A DNA stretch of 64,000 nt from Candidatus Omnitrophota bacterium. GTDB taxonomy: Bacteria; Omnitrophota; Gorgyraeia; Ghiorseimicrobiales; Ghiorseimicrobiaceae. The stretch's first letter is position 1. The number at the start of each line of letters is the position of its first letter. Of the stretch, positions 17,415-26,208 are shown in pieces. Both the position numbers and the translations under genes were made by a program. Under the pieces are notes generated by a model, which saw only the letters and a list, made by a program, of their open reading frames with translations, did no database searches and had not been told where the DNA came from. The stretch covers positions 319-64,318 of the forward strand of contig JAUXSB010000037.1 of NCBI GenBank assembly GCA_030681595.1. Reading direction: 5' to 3'.

Positions 17415-18401
17415 ATGGAGATTATATTTTTTGGAAGCAGCAATTTTGCGGTATCTATCCTTGAGGCAATAATTTCTAGCGGTTATGAGCTCGCTTGTGT
17501 CGTAACGCAGCCGGATAGAAAAGCCGGCAGGCATTTAAAAATCGCGCTTACGCCCGTAAAGTCTTATTGCCAAACGCATAATATTTCTATATTTCAACCG
17601 GAGGATCTCAAGGCCGAAGAAGTGCGCGGTTATCTTAAGAAATTCGTTGCGGACTTATTTATTGTTGTTTCATACGGAAAAATTATTCCTAAGGAAATCC
17701 TTGATTTGCCTAAAATCTTTTCAGTCAATATCCATACTTCTTTGTTGCCGAAATACCGGGGGGCCGCTCCGATTAACCGGGCAATAATGAACGGCGAAAA
17801 AGAAACGGGAATTTCTATAATCAGGATGAACGAATTTATGGATAGAGGCGATATCATCTTGCAGAAACCCGTCGCCCTTAGTGACGAGTTTGACGCGCAA
17901 TCGTTAAGCGCGTCTTTGGCAGAGGCAGCAAAAGAGGCTATTATTGAAGCGATAGGTTTGATTAAAAATAAAAAATATTCTTTAAGGAAGCAGAGTGAGC
18001 AAGAGGCTACGTACGCGTCAAAATTAACAAAAGAAGACGGCGTAATTGACTGGGGCAAAAGCAGGAAAGTTATTTTTAACCAGGTGCGCGGCCTCGTCCC
18101 TTGGCCGGGTGCGTATACTTATCTTAGCGGTAAAATTTTAAAAGTATGGCAAGCGCATTATACAGATTTTAACAAGCCAGAGGGCAGTGGTTTGGCTTCC
18201 TTTAGCCAAAGCCGCAACCTCAAACCGGGCAGGATACCCAAAATCGGCGAGGTTATAAATATAACAGGAGAAGGAATTATTGTTTGCTGCGGTAGCGGCT
18301 TCCTGTTTTTGAAAGAAGTCCAGCCTGCCTCCGGCAAGAGAATGTCCGCGTATGATTTCGCCATGGGCCATAGAATAAAAAAAGGCGATAGGTTGGGTTA
18401 A
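17415..18401 (+). CDS. fmt: Methionyl-tRNA formyltransferase
   Basis: IIFFGSSNFAVSIL...VVTQPDRKAGR and NIHTSLLPKYRGAAPI motifs. Confidence 0.9.
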   Translation: MEIIFFGSSNFAVSILEAIISSGYELACVVTQPDRKAGRHLKIALTPVKSYCQTHNISIFQPEDLKAEEVRGYLKKFVADLFIVVSYGKIIPKEILDLPKIFSVNIHTSLLPKYRGAAPINRAIMNGEKETGISIIRMNEFMDRGDIILQKPVALSDEFDAQSLSASLAEAAKEAIIEAIGLIKNKKYSLRKQSEQEATYASKLTKEDGVIDWGKSRKVIFNQVRGLVPWPGAYTYLSGKILKVWQAHYTDFNKPEGSGLASFSQSRNLKPGRIPKIGEVINITGEGIIVCCGSGFLFLKEVQPASGKRMSAYDFAMGHRIKKGDRLG

Positions 18402-18417
18402 TTTTTTATATTTTTTC

Positions 18418-18445
18418 TTGCATATAAAAAAAACAATGGTATAAT
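18418..18445 (+). promoter_or_regulatory. Sigma-70-type promoter (TTGCAT, 16-nt spacer, TATAAT) for the galT-gap transcription unit
   Basis: -35 at 18418-18423 and -10 at 18440-18445, followed by a structured roughly 95-nt leader. Confidence 0.45.
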
Positions 18446-18544
18446 TTAGCGATATAAAAAGTAGCCAGAAACCAGTAGCCAGAAACCAGAAGATAATGTA
18501 TTTGGTTACTGGAATCTGGTTTCTCCCGAGCAAAGTGAGGGTAG

Positions 18545-19567
18545 ATGCCAGAGTTAAGAAAAGATCCTATTATCGGCCGGTGGGTGATTATTGCTACCGA
18601 GAGGGCAAAAAGGCCGGATGATTTCGCGGTAGCGACAGAAGGCCCGCCGGAAGGGGAATGCCCGTTTTGCCATGGGCAGGAGCATAAAACTCCTTCTGAG
18701 GTTTACGCTGTACGCCACCATCACACCAAGCCTGATACTTCGGGCTGGGATGTCAGAGTAGTTTCTAGTATTAAGCCTATCTTAAAAATTGAGGGAGAAC
18801 TAGACCGTAGGGGCAAAGGGCTCTTTGACATGATGAACGGCGTAGGAGCGCATGAGGTGGTAATCGAAACACCAGAGCATATCGCCAACATTGCGGATTT
18901 ATCTGAAGAGCAAATTACCAAGATAATAGGGGCATATGTCCATCGCTTTACTGATTTAGAGAAGGATGAACGCTTTAAATATTTGTTGTTATTTAAGAAC
19001 TACGGCTGGAGCGCGGGCGGCGGAAGGATCGGGCATTCCCGTTCGCAATTGATTGCGACTCCGGTTAATCCTAAGCGCGTTAAAGAAGAGCTAGTGGGCG
19101 CTAAAAAATATTTTGAATACCATGAAAGGTGCGTTTTTTGTGATTTAATAAGGCAGGAATTAGAATCTAAAGAAAGGATAGTGCTAGATCTCGACGGTAT
19201 AGTAGCAATTGCGCCGTTTGCTTCACGCTTTCCTTTTGAAGTCTGGATTATGCCCAAAAAGCACAGTTGTGATTTTAGCTCTATAAACCAGTATCATCAG
19301 CGTGAGTTGGCGAAGACCATAAAAATTGTATTGTCAAAAATAAAGAAAGTCGTAAAAGATCCGGCATATAATTTTATTTTACATACCGCGCCTTTTAGGC
19401 GGAAAAAGCTCGGTTATTGGAAAACCATAGAAGAAGATTATCACTGGCATATTGAGATTATCCCGAGGCTTACGCGTGTAGCCGGTTTTGAGTGGGGTAC
19501 TGGTTTTTATATTTGTCCGTTACCTCCGGAAAGCGCCGCTAAGTTTTTACGGGAAACGGAACTTTAA
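18545..19567 (+). CDS. Galactose-1-phosphate uridylyltransferase (class I GalT)-like protein in which the nucleophilic His is replaced
   Basis: CPFC zinc motif and a GalT fold. The position of the HPH motif reads GHSRSQ, so the second (nucleophile) His is Arg. Confidence 0.75.
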   Translation: MPELRKDPIIGRWVIIATERAKRPDDFAVATEGPPEGECPFCHGQEHKTPSEVYAVRHHHTKPDTSGWDVRVVSSIKPILKIEGELDRRGKGLFDMMNGVGAHEVVIETPEHIANIADLSEEQITKIIGAYVHRFTDLEKDERFKYLLLFKNYGWSAGGGRIGHSRSQLIATPVNPKRVKEELVGAKKYFEYHERCVFCDLIRQELESKERIVLDLDGIVAIAPFASRFPFEVWIMPKKHSCDFSSINQYHQRELAKTIKIVLSKIKKVVKDPAYNFILHTAPFRRKKLGYWKTIEEDYHWHIEIIPRLTRVAGFEWGTGFYICPLPPESAAKFLRETEL

Positions 19568-19569
19568 AT

Positions 19570-20571
19570 ATGGCTGAATTGAGACGTGACCCTTTAGGTG
19601 GCAGGTGGGTAATTGTATATACGGATCAACCGACCTTGCCGCAGGATTTTGAAAAGGAAAGCCATGTATTTAAACAGATGGCTTGCCCTTTTTGTCCCGG
19701 GAACGAGAGTATTACTCCTGCCGAGATAGAGGTAATTCGTGCGCCGGGGAGTAAACCTAACAGCCCGGGCTGGCAGGTGCGCGTTGTGCAGAATAAATTT
19801 CCGGCCCTTCAAATTGAAGGAGATTTAGACCGCAGAGGCATCGGTATTTATGATGTATCGCGCGGCATAGGGGCGCATGAAGTTATTATTCAATCGCCGG
19901 ATCATAAAAAAGAGATAGCGGATTCAAGCGATGAAGAAGTGATGAACATACTTTCGATGTATTGCCGCCGTTCTACAGATTTGGCTAACGACAAAAGGTT
20001 TAAGTATGTATTAATTTTTAAAAATTACGGGCCTTCGGCTGGGGCATCTTTGGAACATCCGCATACACAGTTGATTGCGCTTCCGATGATTCCCAAAAAT
20101 GTATTGGAAGAGATCGAGGGAGCCCGTGATTATTTTAATTATAAGGATAGGTGCATCTTTTGCGACATAGTACGTCAAGAGATTCACGAAAAAGAACGGG
20201 TTATTGCCGAGAATAAATACTATCTTGCAATTTGTCCTTATGTCTCGCGTTTCCCTTTTGAAGTTTGGATCATGCCTAAGAAACACAATGGTTATTTTTG
20301 TCATATATCCAAGGAAGAGCTTCCGGAATTAGCTAAAATACTTAAGGAAGCTTTACAACGCTTAAAAGTTGTCTTATCTGACCCCGCCTACAACTATATT
20401 ATCCATACCTCGCCGGTGAATACCCCGGAACCAGAGGAAGGCTACCATTGGCATTTTGAGATTATGCCGAAACTTACGCGCGTAGCCGGTTTTGAGTGGG
20501 GTACTGGTTTCTACATTGTCTCAACCCCGCCGGAATTAGCCGCAAAATACCTTAGAGAAGCAAAAATATAA
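19570..20571 (+). CDS. galT: Galactose-1-phosphate uridylyltransferase (class I GalT family)
   Basis: CPFC zinc motif and an intact EHPHTQ (HPH) active-site motif; 333 aa. Confidence 0.8.
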   Translation: MAELRRDPLGGRWVIVYTDQPTLPQDFEKESHVFKQMACPFCPGNESITPAEIEVIRAPGSKPNSPGWQVRVVQNKFPALQIEGDLDRRGIGIYDVSRGIGAHEVIIQSPDHKKEIADSSDEEVMNILSMYCRRSTDLANDKRFKYVLIFKNYGPSAGASLEHPHTQLIALPMIPKNVLEEIEGARDYFNYKDRCIFCDIVRQEIHEKERVIAENKYYLAICPYVSRFPFEVWIMPKKHNGYFCHISKEELPELAKILKEALQRLKVVLSDPAYNYIIHTSPVNTPEPEEGYHWHFEIMPKLTRVAGFEWGTGFYIVSTPPELAAKYLREAKI

Positions 20572-20607
20572 TATAAAACTAAAGTTTAAACAGAAGAGGG
20601 AGGAAAA

Positions 20608-21654
20608 ATGGCTGTAAGAGTTGGTATTAATGGTTTTGGAAGAATTGGCCGTATGGTCGCCAGGGCAATTTTCGATAGAAATAATAAAGGCCTGGAATTA
20701 GTCGCTGTAAATGATATTGCAGATGCAGCGTCTTTAGCGCATTTATTTAAATATGATTCTGTACACGGAAGGTTTAACGGCGAAGTCGGGGTTAACGGCG
20801 GCAATATTATAATAAACGGTAAAGAAATTAAGGTGTTTGCCGGAAAAGACCCTTCCGATATCCCGTGGAAAGAAGTCAAGGCCGACGTCGTTATAGAATC
20901 GACCGGAATTTTTACCAGCAAAAATGACGGCGTAAATAAAAAAGGAAAAGAGGTAAAGGGCGTCATAAACCATATAACTCGCGGCGGTGCAAAAAAAGTT
21001 ATTATCAGCGCGCCTGCTCAAGATGAGGATATAACGATAGTTTTAGGCGTAAACGATGATAAATACGACCGAGAGATGCAGGTAATTTCCAATGCCTCCT
21101 GCACCACAAACTGCCTCGGGCCGGTAGCTAAAGTTTTAAACGATAATTTTGGAATTGAAAAAGGCCTAATGACTACAATCCATGCCTATACCAATGACCA
21201 GAGAGTGCAGGATATGCCGCATTCAGATATGCGTAGGGCGCGTGCTGCTGCATTATCTATGATACCCACATCTACGGGTGCAGCCAAAGCAATCGGGTTA
21301 GTCATTCCTGAGCTTAAAGGTAAGTTAGACGGTTTTGCTATAAGGGTTCCGGTAGCCAATGTATCGGTTGTGGATTTAAGTTGTACATTGAAAAAGGAGA
21401 CAACGGCGGAAGCGGTAAACAAGGTATTAAAGGAAGCTGCTCTCGGTAAGATGAAAGGGTATCTTGATTATACCGAAGACGAAGTAGTATCAAGCGATTT
21501 TAACCACAGCACTGCTTCATCTACAGTGGATGCTAAGTTAACCAAGGTAATCGGCGGAAATTTTGTTAAGGTAATTGCTTGGTACGATAACGAATGGGGT
21601 TATTCAAACCGCGTCGTAGATCTCGTTGAGTTTATGGTGAAAAAAGGCCTATAA
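20608..21654 (+). CDS. gap: Glyceraldehyde-3-phosphate dehydrogenase, type I
   Basis: VGINGFGRIGR motif and the SNASCTTNCL catalytic Cys motif. Confidence 0.95.
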   Translation: MAVRVGINGFGRIGRMVARAIFDRNNKGLELVAVNDIADAASLAHLFKYDSVHGRFNGEVGVNGGNIIINGKEIKVFAGKDPSDIPWKEVKADVVIESTGIFTSKNDGVNKKGKEVKGVINHITRGGAKKVIISAPAQDEDITIVLGVNDDKYDREMQVISNASCTTNCLGPVAKVLNDNFGIEKGLMTTIHAYTNDQRVQDMPHSDMRRARAAALSMIPTSTGAAKAIGLVIPELKGKLDGFAIRVPVANVSVVDLSCTLKKETTAEAVNKVLKEAALGKMKGYLDYTEDEVVSSDFNHSTASSTVDAKLTKVIGGNFVKVIAWYDNEWGYSNRVVDLVEFMVKKGL

Positions 21655-21675
21655 AGCCCAATAATAATTAATAAA

Positions 21676-21708
21676 AAGCCCGTAAATAATCATGCGGGCT
21701 TTTTTATT
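21676..21708 (+). terminator. Rho-independent terminator after gap
   Basis: AGCCCG stem, 11-nt loop and CGGGCT followed by TTTTTT. Confidence 0.7.
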
Positions 21709-21835
21709 GGTACCTCCCCCCTGTGCACCTCCGCGGTGCGCAGGGTTAAAAGTGTTTTTGGTTCATTAAATTGGTTGAAATTAGCTGTTGTTAGGTTATA
21801 ATGAAATTAGGGGTTGTGCTAAAACGAGGTGGGCA

Positions 21836-22021
21836 ATGACGCCGATTTTAAAATTAAAAGGACATAACGAAAAAAAAGAGATAGAGTTTGAATTAAGATA
21901 TCTTAGGTCTCTTTCGGTTAAGCAAAGGTTTGCTTTAATGAGGCGCAAAACTAAAGAGATGGTTAATTTATTGGAAAGAAGTGGATACAGAAGAGCTTTT
22001 GAAATTATTAAAAGAGCATAA
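21836..22021 (+). CDS. Hypothetical 61-aa protein
   Basis: Strong RBS (cgaggtggg) 5 nt before ATG 21836; the track start at 21788 lacks an RBS. I recognise no family. Confidence 0.35.
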   Translation: MTPILKLKGHNEKKEIEFELRYLRSLSVKQRFALMRRKTKEMVNLLERSGYRRAFEIIKRA

Positions 22022-22294
22022 GGTTGATTTTGTGGTTATCGAAGCAGCGGCATTCATCAAACCGTCACCCCAATCCCCCGTTACCAAATGCCTCATTTTT
22101 TTACTTTTATATAATTAAGGGGATGCACAGGGTAGTGCGGTAGATTTAGGTTTTAAGCAGAACAGAGGCGTTCTTGTTGTGGGAAGAATATCTCTGTTTT
22201 TTTATTTTGGGTTATGGTAAAATAATAAGCAAAAGTTAAGGTGGTATATTGTCCCGCCACTGAATCAATGGCGGGCTCATTGAGGGGAGATATA

Positions 22295-24481
22295 ATGGGT
22301 ATTAGACAGGAGTTATTAACGAGAATTAAGAGCACGGATTTTGACAAGATTGAGACGCCAAAGAAAGTATCCAGCTACTTTGGAGAGAATACATTTAGCT
22401 TGGAGACTATGCAGAAGCATATTTCTAAGCCTACTTTTGAGGCGTTTAAGGCGTGGATGTCAGAGGGCAAAACCATAATCCTTAATCAGGCAAATGAAAT
22501 CGCAGATAGCATGAAAAATTGGGCGATGTCCAAAGGGGCAACTTATTATACCCATTGGTTTCAACCGATGACTGGTTTAACCGCGGAAAAACACGATAGT
22601 TTTATTACTATTACCGCACCCGGCAAAGTTATTGAGAAATTTTCCGGAAATAAGCTTATTCAGGGCGAGCCGGATGCATCAAGTTTTCCTTCCGGCGGCA
22701 TACGCGCCACCTTTGAGGCGCGCGGCTATACCGCGTGGGATCCGTCAAGCCCGGCATTTATCATTGAGAGTAAGCTTGGCAAAACCTTATGTATCCCCAC
22801 GATATTTATTTCTTATAACGGAGAGGCATTAGATAAAAAGCTTCCATTGTTACGTTCTGATGAGGCGCTATCCCGCGCGGCAGTCGGACTCTTGAAACTT
22901 TTTGGCCATAAGGACGTAAAGAAGGTATTTTCCACTTGCGGCCCGGAGCAGGAATATTTTTTAATTGATAAAAACTATTATAACTTAAGGCAGGATTTAT
23001 TGCTTACCGGCCGCACTTTAGTAGGAGCTGCTTCTCCTAAAGGGCAACAGCTAGAAGACCAGTATTTCGGCACTATCAAAGAACGCGTGGTTAACTTTAT
23101 GTTTGAAACGGCAGAGGAGGCGTATAAGTTAGGTATTCCGGTGATGACCCGGCATAATGAGGTTGCTCCGCATCAATATGAATTTGCGCCGATTTTTGAA
23201 GAATCAAATATTGCCGCTGATCACAATCAGTTATTAATGGAATTGATGAAGAAGGTAGCACTTCGGCATGATTTGGTTTGCCTTTTGCATGAGAAGCCAT
23301 TTGCCGGTATCAATGGCAGTGGAAAACATTTAAATTGGTCTTTGGCAGACGATAAGGGGAACAATCTTCTTAATCCCGGTGAAACGCCCGAAGATAGCCT
23401 ACAATTTTTGGCAGTATTGGCGGCAGTATTGCGCGCGGTATATCTGCACGCTGATCTTTTGCGTGCAAGCGTTGCCATGGCGGGGAATGAGCATCGCTTA
23501 GGCGCAAATGAAGCGCCTCCGGCAATTATCAGTGTTTTCTTAGGGGATCAATTGACGACAATTTTAGATATGATTGAGAAGGGTGCTAAGAAAAAAGTTT
23601 CCAAGCGTGATATTGTTGATTTGGGCCTGGCGCGCTTGCCTAAGTTTAATAAGGATACGACGGATAGAAACCGTACTTCACCGTTTGCTTTCACAGGAAA
23701 TAAGTTTGAATTCCGCGCGGTAGGCTCATCGCAGAATATCTCAACGCCGATTACCGTGGTTAATACGATTATTGCCGATAGCTTAGATTATGTGGCTGAA
23801 AAGATAACGAGCACAGCTAAAGGAGGCGATTTTAATACCGCGGCGTTAAAAGTCATTGCCCAGATTATTAAAGAGACTAAAGATATCCGCTTTGAGGGTA
23901 ATAATTACTCTGAGGAATGGTTAAAAGAGGCAGAGAAGCGAGGCCTTCCGAATGTTGCCTCTACCCCCGAATCCTTAGAAGACTTAACTAAAGAGAAAAA
24001 TATCGCGTTATTTGAAAAATACAAAGTTTTCTCTAAGGAGGAGTTGATCGCGCGTTACCATATCTGGATACATATGTATACCCTAGTTTTAGAGATTGAG
24101 GCAAATACACTTAATGAAATGGTAAACGCCAGCATTGTGCCAGCGGGTTTTGAGTATCAGCAGTTGCTTTCGGATAACCTGAAAGTCTTAGGCGAGATTA
24201 AGAAGGACGTAAAGATTGACCCGTTGGTTTTAAAAGACCAGAAAGAGCATTTAAATGATGTGGTTTCTAAGATTTACTATGTCCGGCGCAACGCTAAAGA
24301 GATGATGAAGCTTTTAGAGAAGGCAGGCAAGTTTAACGCGGAAAAGAGGGCAAAGCTTTATTTTGAAGAGCTAAAGCCTTTAATGGAGCATATCCGCAGG
24401 CATGTGGATGCGCTTGAATGTGTTGTTTCCGATGAACATTGGGACCTGCCGAAATACAGGGAGATGTTATTCATTAAGTAG
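22295..24481 (+). CDS. glnN: Glutamine synthetase type III
   Basis: About 728 aa. The N-terminal domain (KPTFEAFKAWMSEG...ATYYTHWFQPMTG) and the catalytic region (EYEFAPIFEE, NGSGKHLNWS) are characteristic of GSIII. Start at ATG 22295 after RBS gagggga. Confidence 0.9.
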   Translation: MGIRQELLTRIKSTDFDKIETPKKVSSYFGENTFSLETMQKHISKPTFEAFKAWMSEGKTIILNQANEIADSMKNWAMSKGATYYTHWFQPMTGLTAEKHDSFITITAPGKVIEKFSGNKLIQGEPDASSFPSGGIRATFEARGYTAWDPSSPAFIIESKLGKTLCIPTIFISYNGEALDKKLPLLRSDEALSRAAVGLLKLFGHKDVKKVFSTCGPEQEYFLIDKNYYNLRQDLLLTGRTLVGAASPKGQQLEDQYFGTIKERVVNFMFETAEEAYKLGIPVMTRHNEVAPHQYEFAPIFEESNIAADHNQLLMELMKKVALRHDLVCLLHEKPFAGINGSGKHLNWSLADDKGNNLLNPGETPEDSLQFLAVLAAVLRAVYLHADLLRASVAMAGNEHRLGANEAPPAIISVFLGDQLTTILDMIEKGAKKKVSKRDIVDLGLARLPKFNKDTTDRNRTSPFAFTGNKFEFRAVGSSQNISTPITVVNTIIADSLDYVAEKITSTAKGGDFNTAALKVIAQIIKETKDIRFEGNNYSEEWLKEAEKRGLPNVASTPESLEDLTKEKNIALFEKYKVFSKEELIARYHIWIHMYTLVLEIEANTLNEMVNASIVPAGFEYQQLLSDNLKVLGEIKKDVKIDPLVLKDQKEHLNDVVSKIYYVRRNAKEMMKLLEKAGKFNAEKRAKLYFEELKPLMEHIRRHVDALECVVSDEHWDLPKYREMLFIK

Positions 24482-24509
24482 TGCAGTATTTATTGTTTAG
24501 GGATGCAGT

Positions 24510-24550
24510 AGAAAACGCCTTAGCATTAACCGAAGGCGTTTTCTGTTTTA
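24510..24550 (+). terminator. Rho-independent terminator after glnN
   Basis: AAAACGCCTT stem, loop, AAGGCGTTTT, then TGTTTT. Confidence 0.7.
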
Positions 24551-24552
24551 AT

Positions 24553-24580
24553 TGACTTTCGGGCTATTTTATGCTACTAT
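24553..24580 (+). promoter_or_regulatory. Sigma-70-type promoter (TTGACT, 16-nt spacer, TACTAT) upstream of the small secreted protein and pgk-tpiA-secG
   Basis: Hexamers at 24553-24558 and 24575-24580. Confidence 0.5.
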
Positions 24581-24621
24581 TAAAATTCTTTAAAATACGC
24601 TATATTGAGGAGGGTGGTCAT

Positions 24622-25029
24622 ATGCGTAAAATTATATGCATATTCATTTCTATTTTTTTACTGAGTTTTTTATCTTTTGCGCAGGCAGATGAGCCGAAGA
24701 AAGAATCAGAAGAAACGCTTAAGATTGCCGGAACCGTTATCGATAATGAAAGCGCGGAAAAATACTTAAAGAGCCTGGATATTTTTATTTTGAGATATCC
24801 CAAAGCACAGGCTGTTTTACCGGTAAGTGTTGAGAGCGGGTATTCTATTTATTCAGAGGGCGAACTCTACCGGTTTAATAAAGAAAGCAGCGTAAAGATT
24901 ACGGAATTTTTAGAAGAGAGAAATAATGTTTTAAAGGTGGTAATCGAGGCTAAGGAAGTTGATGACGAATTAGAACTATTATCTATTAAAAATGAGTATT
25001 CAGGGGTAAGAGGCGGGAAAAATGAATAA
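24622..25029 (+). CDS. Small secreted hypothetical protein with an N-terminal signal peptide
   Basis: MRKIICIFISIFLLSFLSFAQA signal sequence. Overlaps the pgk start by 8 nt, so it is presumably co-transcribed. Confidence 0.5.
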   Translation: MRKIICIFISIFLLSFLSFAQADEPKKESEETLKIAGTVIDNESAEKYLKSLDIFILRYPKAQAVLPVSVESGYSIYSEGELYRFNKESSVKITEFLEERNNVLKVVIEAKEVDDELELLSIKNEYSGVRGGKNE

Positions 25030-26206
25030 GCTTAGCCTGAGCGATGTTCAACTTCGGGATAAGAAGGTTTTAATTAGGGTAGATTTTAACGTGCCACTTG
25101 ATAAGGAGTCGAAGGTGAGCGATGACACGCGTATACGCGCCAGCCTCCCTACCATTAAATACTGCTTAGAGCAGGGTGCGGTAAAGGTGATTTTAGTAAG
25201 CCATTTAGGCCGTCCGGACGGGCAGGTGGTGGAAAAATACCGCCTTACTCCTGTAGCGGCGAAGCTTGCTGCGTTATTAGGGGAGCCGGTAAAGAAGCTG
25301 GATGACTGTATCGGCGATAAGGTCAAAGCGGATATTATACAAGCGAAAGAGAAGGTAATTCTTTTAGAAAACCTAAGGTTTTATAAAGAGGAAGAGAGTA
25401 ACGATAAAGGTTTTGCGCAGAAGCTTGCTTCTTTAGGCGATATTTTTATTAACGATGCTTTTGGTACAGCACACCGCGCGCATGCTTCGACAGAGGGCGT
25501 CACGCATTTTTTAAAATCGGCCGCCGGATTTTTACTGGTAAAAGAAATAGAATATTTGGGCCAAGTAGTAGAAAACCCTAAAAAGCCGCTTATATTAATT
25601 TTAGGCGGAGCTAAGGTTTCGGACAAAATACTCTTAATAGAGAGTATGCTTAAAAAAGCCGATGAGATTATTATCGGCGGAGGGATGTGTTATACTTTTT
25701 TAAAAGCCTTAGATAAAAATATCGGGAATTCCAAATTAGAAAAAGACCGCGTTGAAACAGCGAAGGGCATATTGGAGAAGGCAAAGAAAGCCAATGTCCG
25801 GATACATCTCCCGGTAGATAATGTGGTTGTAGATAAAATAGAAGGTTTTACTAAGATTGAAACTGTTGGCGAAGATATTCCTGATGGTTTAATCGGGGTA
25901 GATATTGGCCTAAAGACAATAGAGAGTTTTTGCCAAACGCTTAAGCGCGCAAAGACTATTGTCTGGAATGGCCCGCTGGGAATTTTTGAAATCGATACCT
26001 TTAGTAAAGGTTCGTATAAAGTAGCGGAATTCGTTGCGAAATTATCAGCCGTCAAAATAATCGGCGGCGGGGATACCGCGGCAATGGTTGCTAAATTTAA
26101 ATTGGAAGATAAGATGACGCATATTTCTACCGGAGGAGGTGCTTCCTTGGAATACCTGGAAGGTAAGGCACTTCCGGGAATAGCGGCGTTAACTAATAAG
26201 GAATAA
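25022..26206 (+). CDS. pgk: Phosphoglycerate kinase
   Basis: RVDFNVPL N-terminal motif and GGGASLE C-terminal motif. Confidence 0.95.
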   Translation: MNKLSLSDVQLRDKKVLIRVDFNVPLDKESKVSDDTRIRASLPTIKYCLEQGAVKVILVSHLGRPDGQVVEKYRLTPVAAKLAALLGEPVKKLDDCIGDKVKADIIQAKEKVILLENLRFYKEEESNDKGFAQKLASLGDIFINDAFGTAHRAHASTEGVTHFLKSAAGFLLVKEIEYLGQVVENPKKPLILILGGAKVSDKILLIESMLKKADEIIIGGGMCYTFLKALDKNIGNSKLEKDRVETAKGILEKAKKANVRIHLPVDNVVVDKIEGFTKIETVGEDIPDGLIGVDIGLKTIESFCQTLKRAKTIVWNGPLGIFEIDTFSKGSYKVAEFVAKLSAVKIIGGGDTAAMVAKFKLEDKMTHISTGGGASLEYLEGKALPGIAALTNKE

Positions 26207-26208
26207 TT

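Noticed and set aside
22022-22294. Glutamine riboswitch (glnA RNA motif) upstream of glnN
   Set aside because: I could not find the conserved core of that motif. Only generic hairpins are present. A covariance-model scan would be needed.
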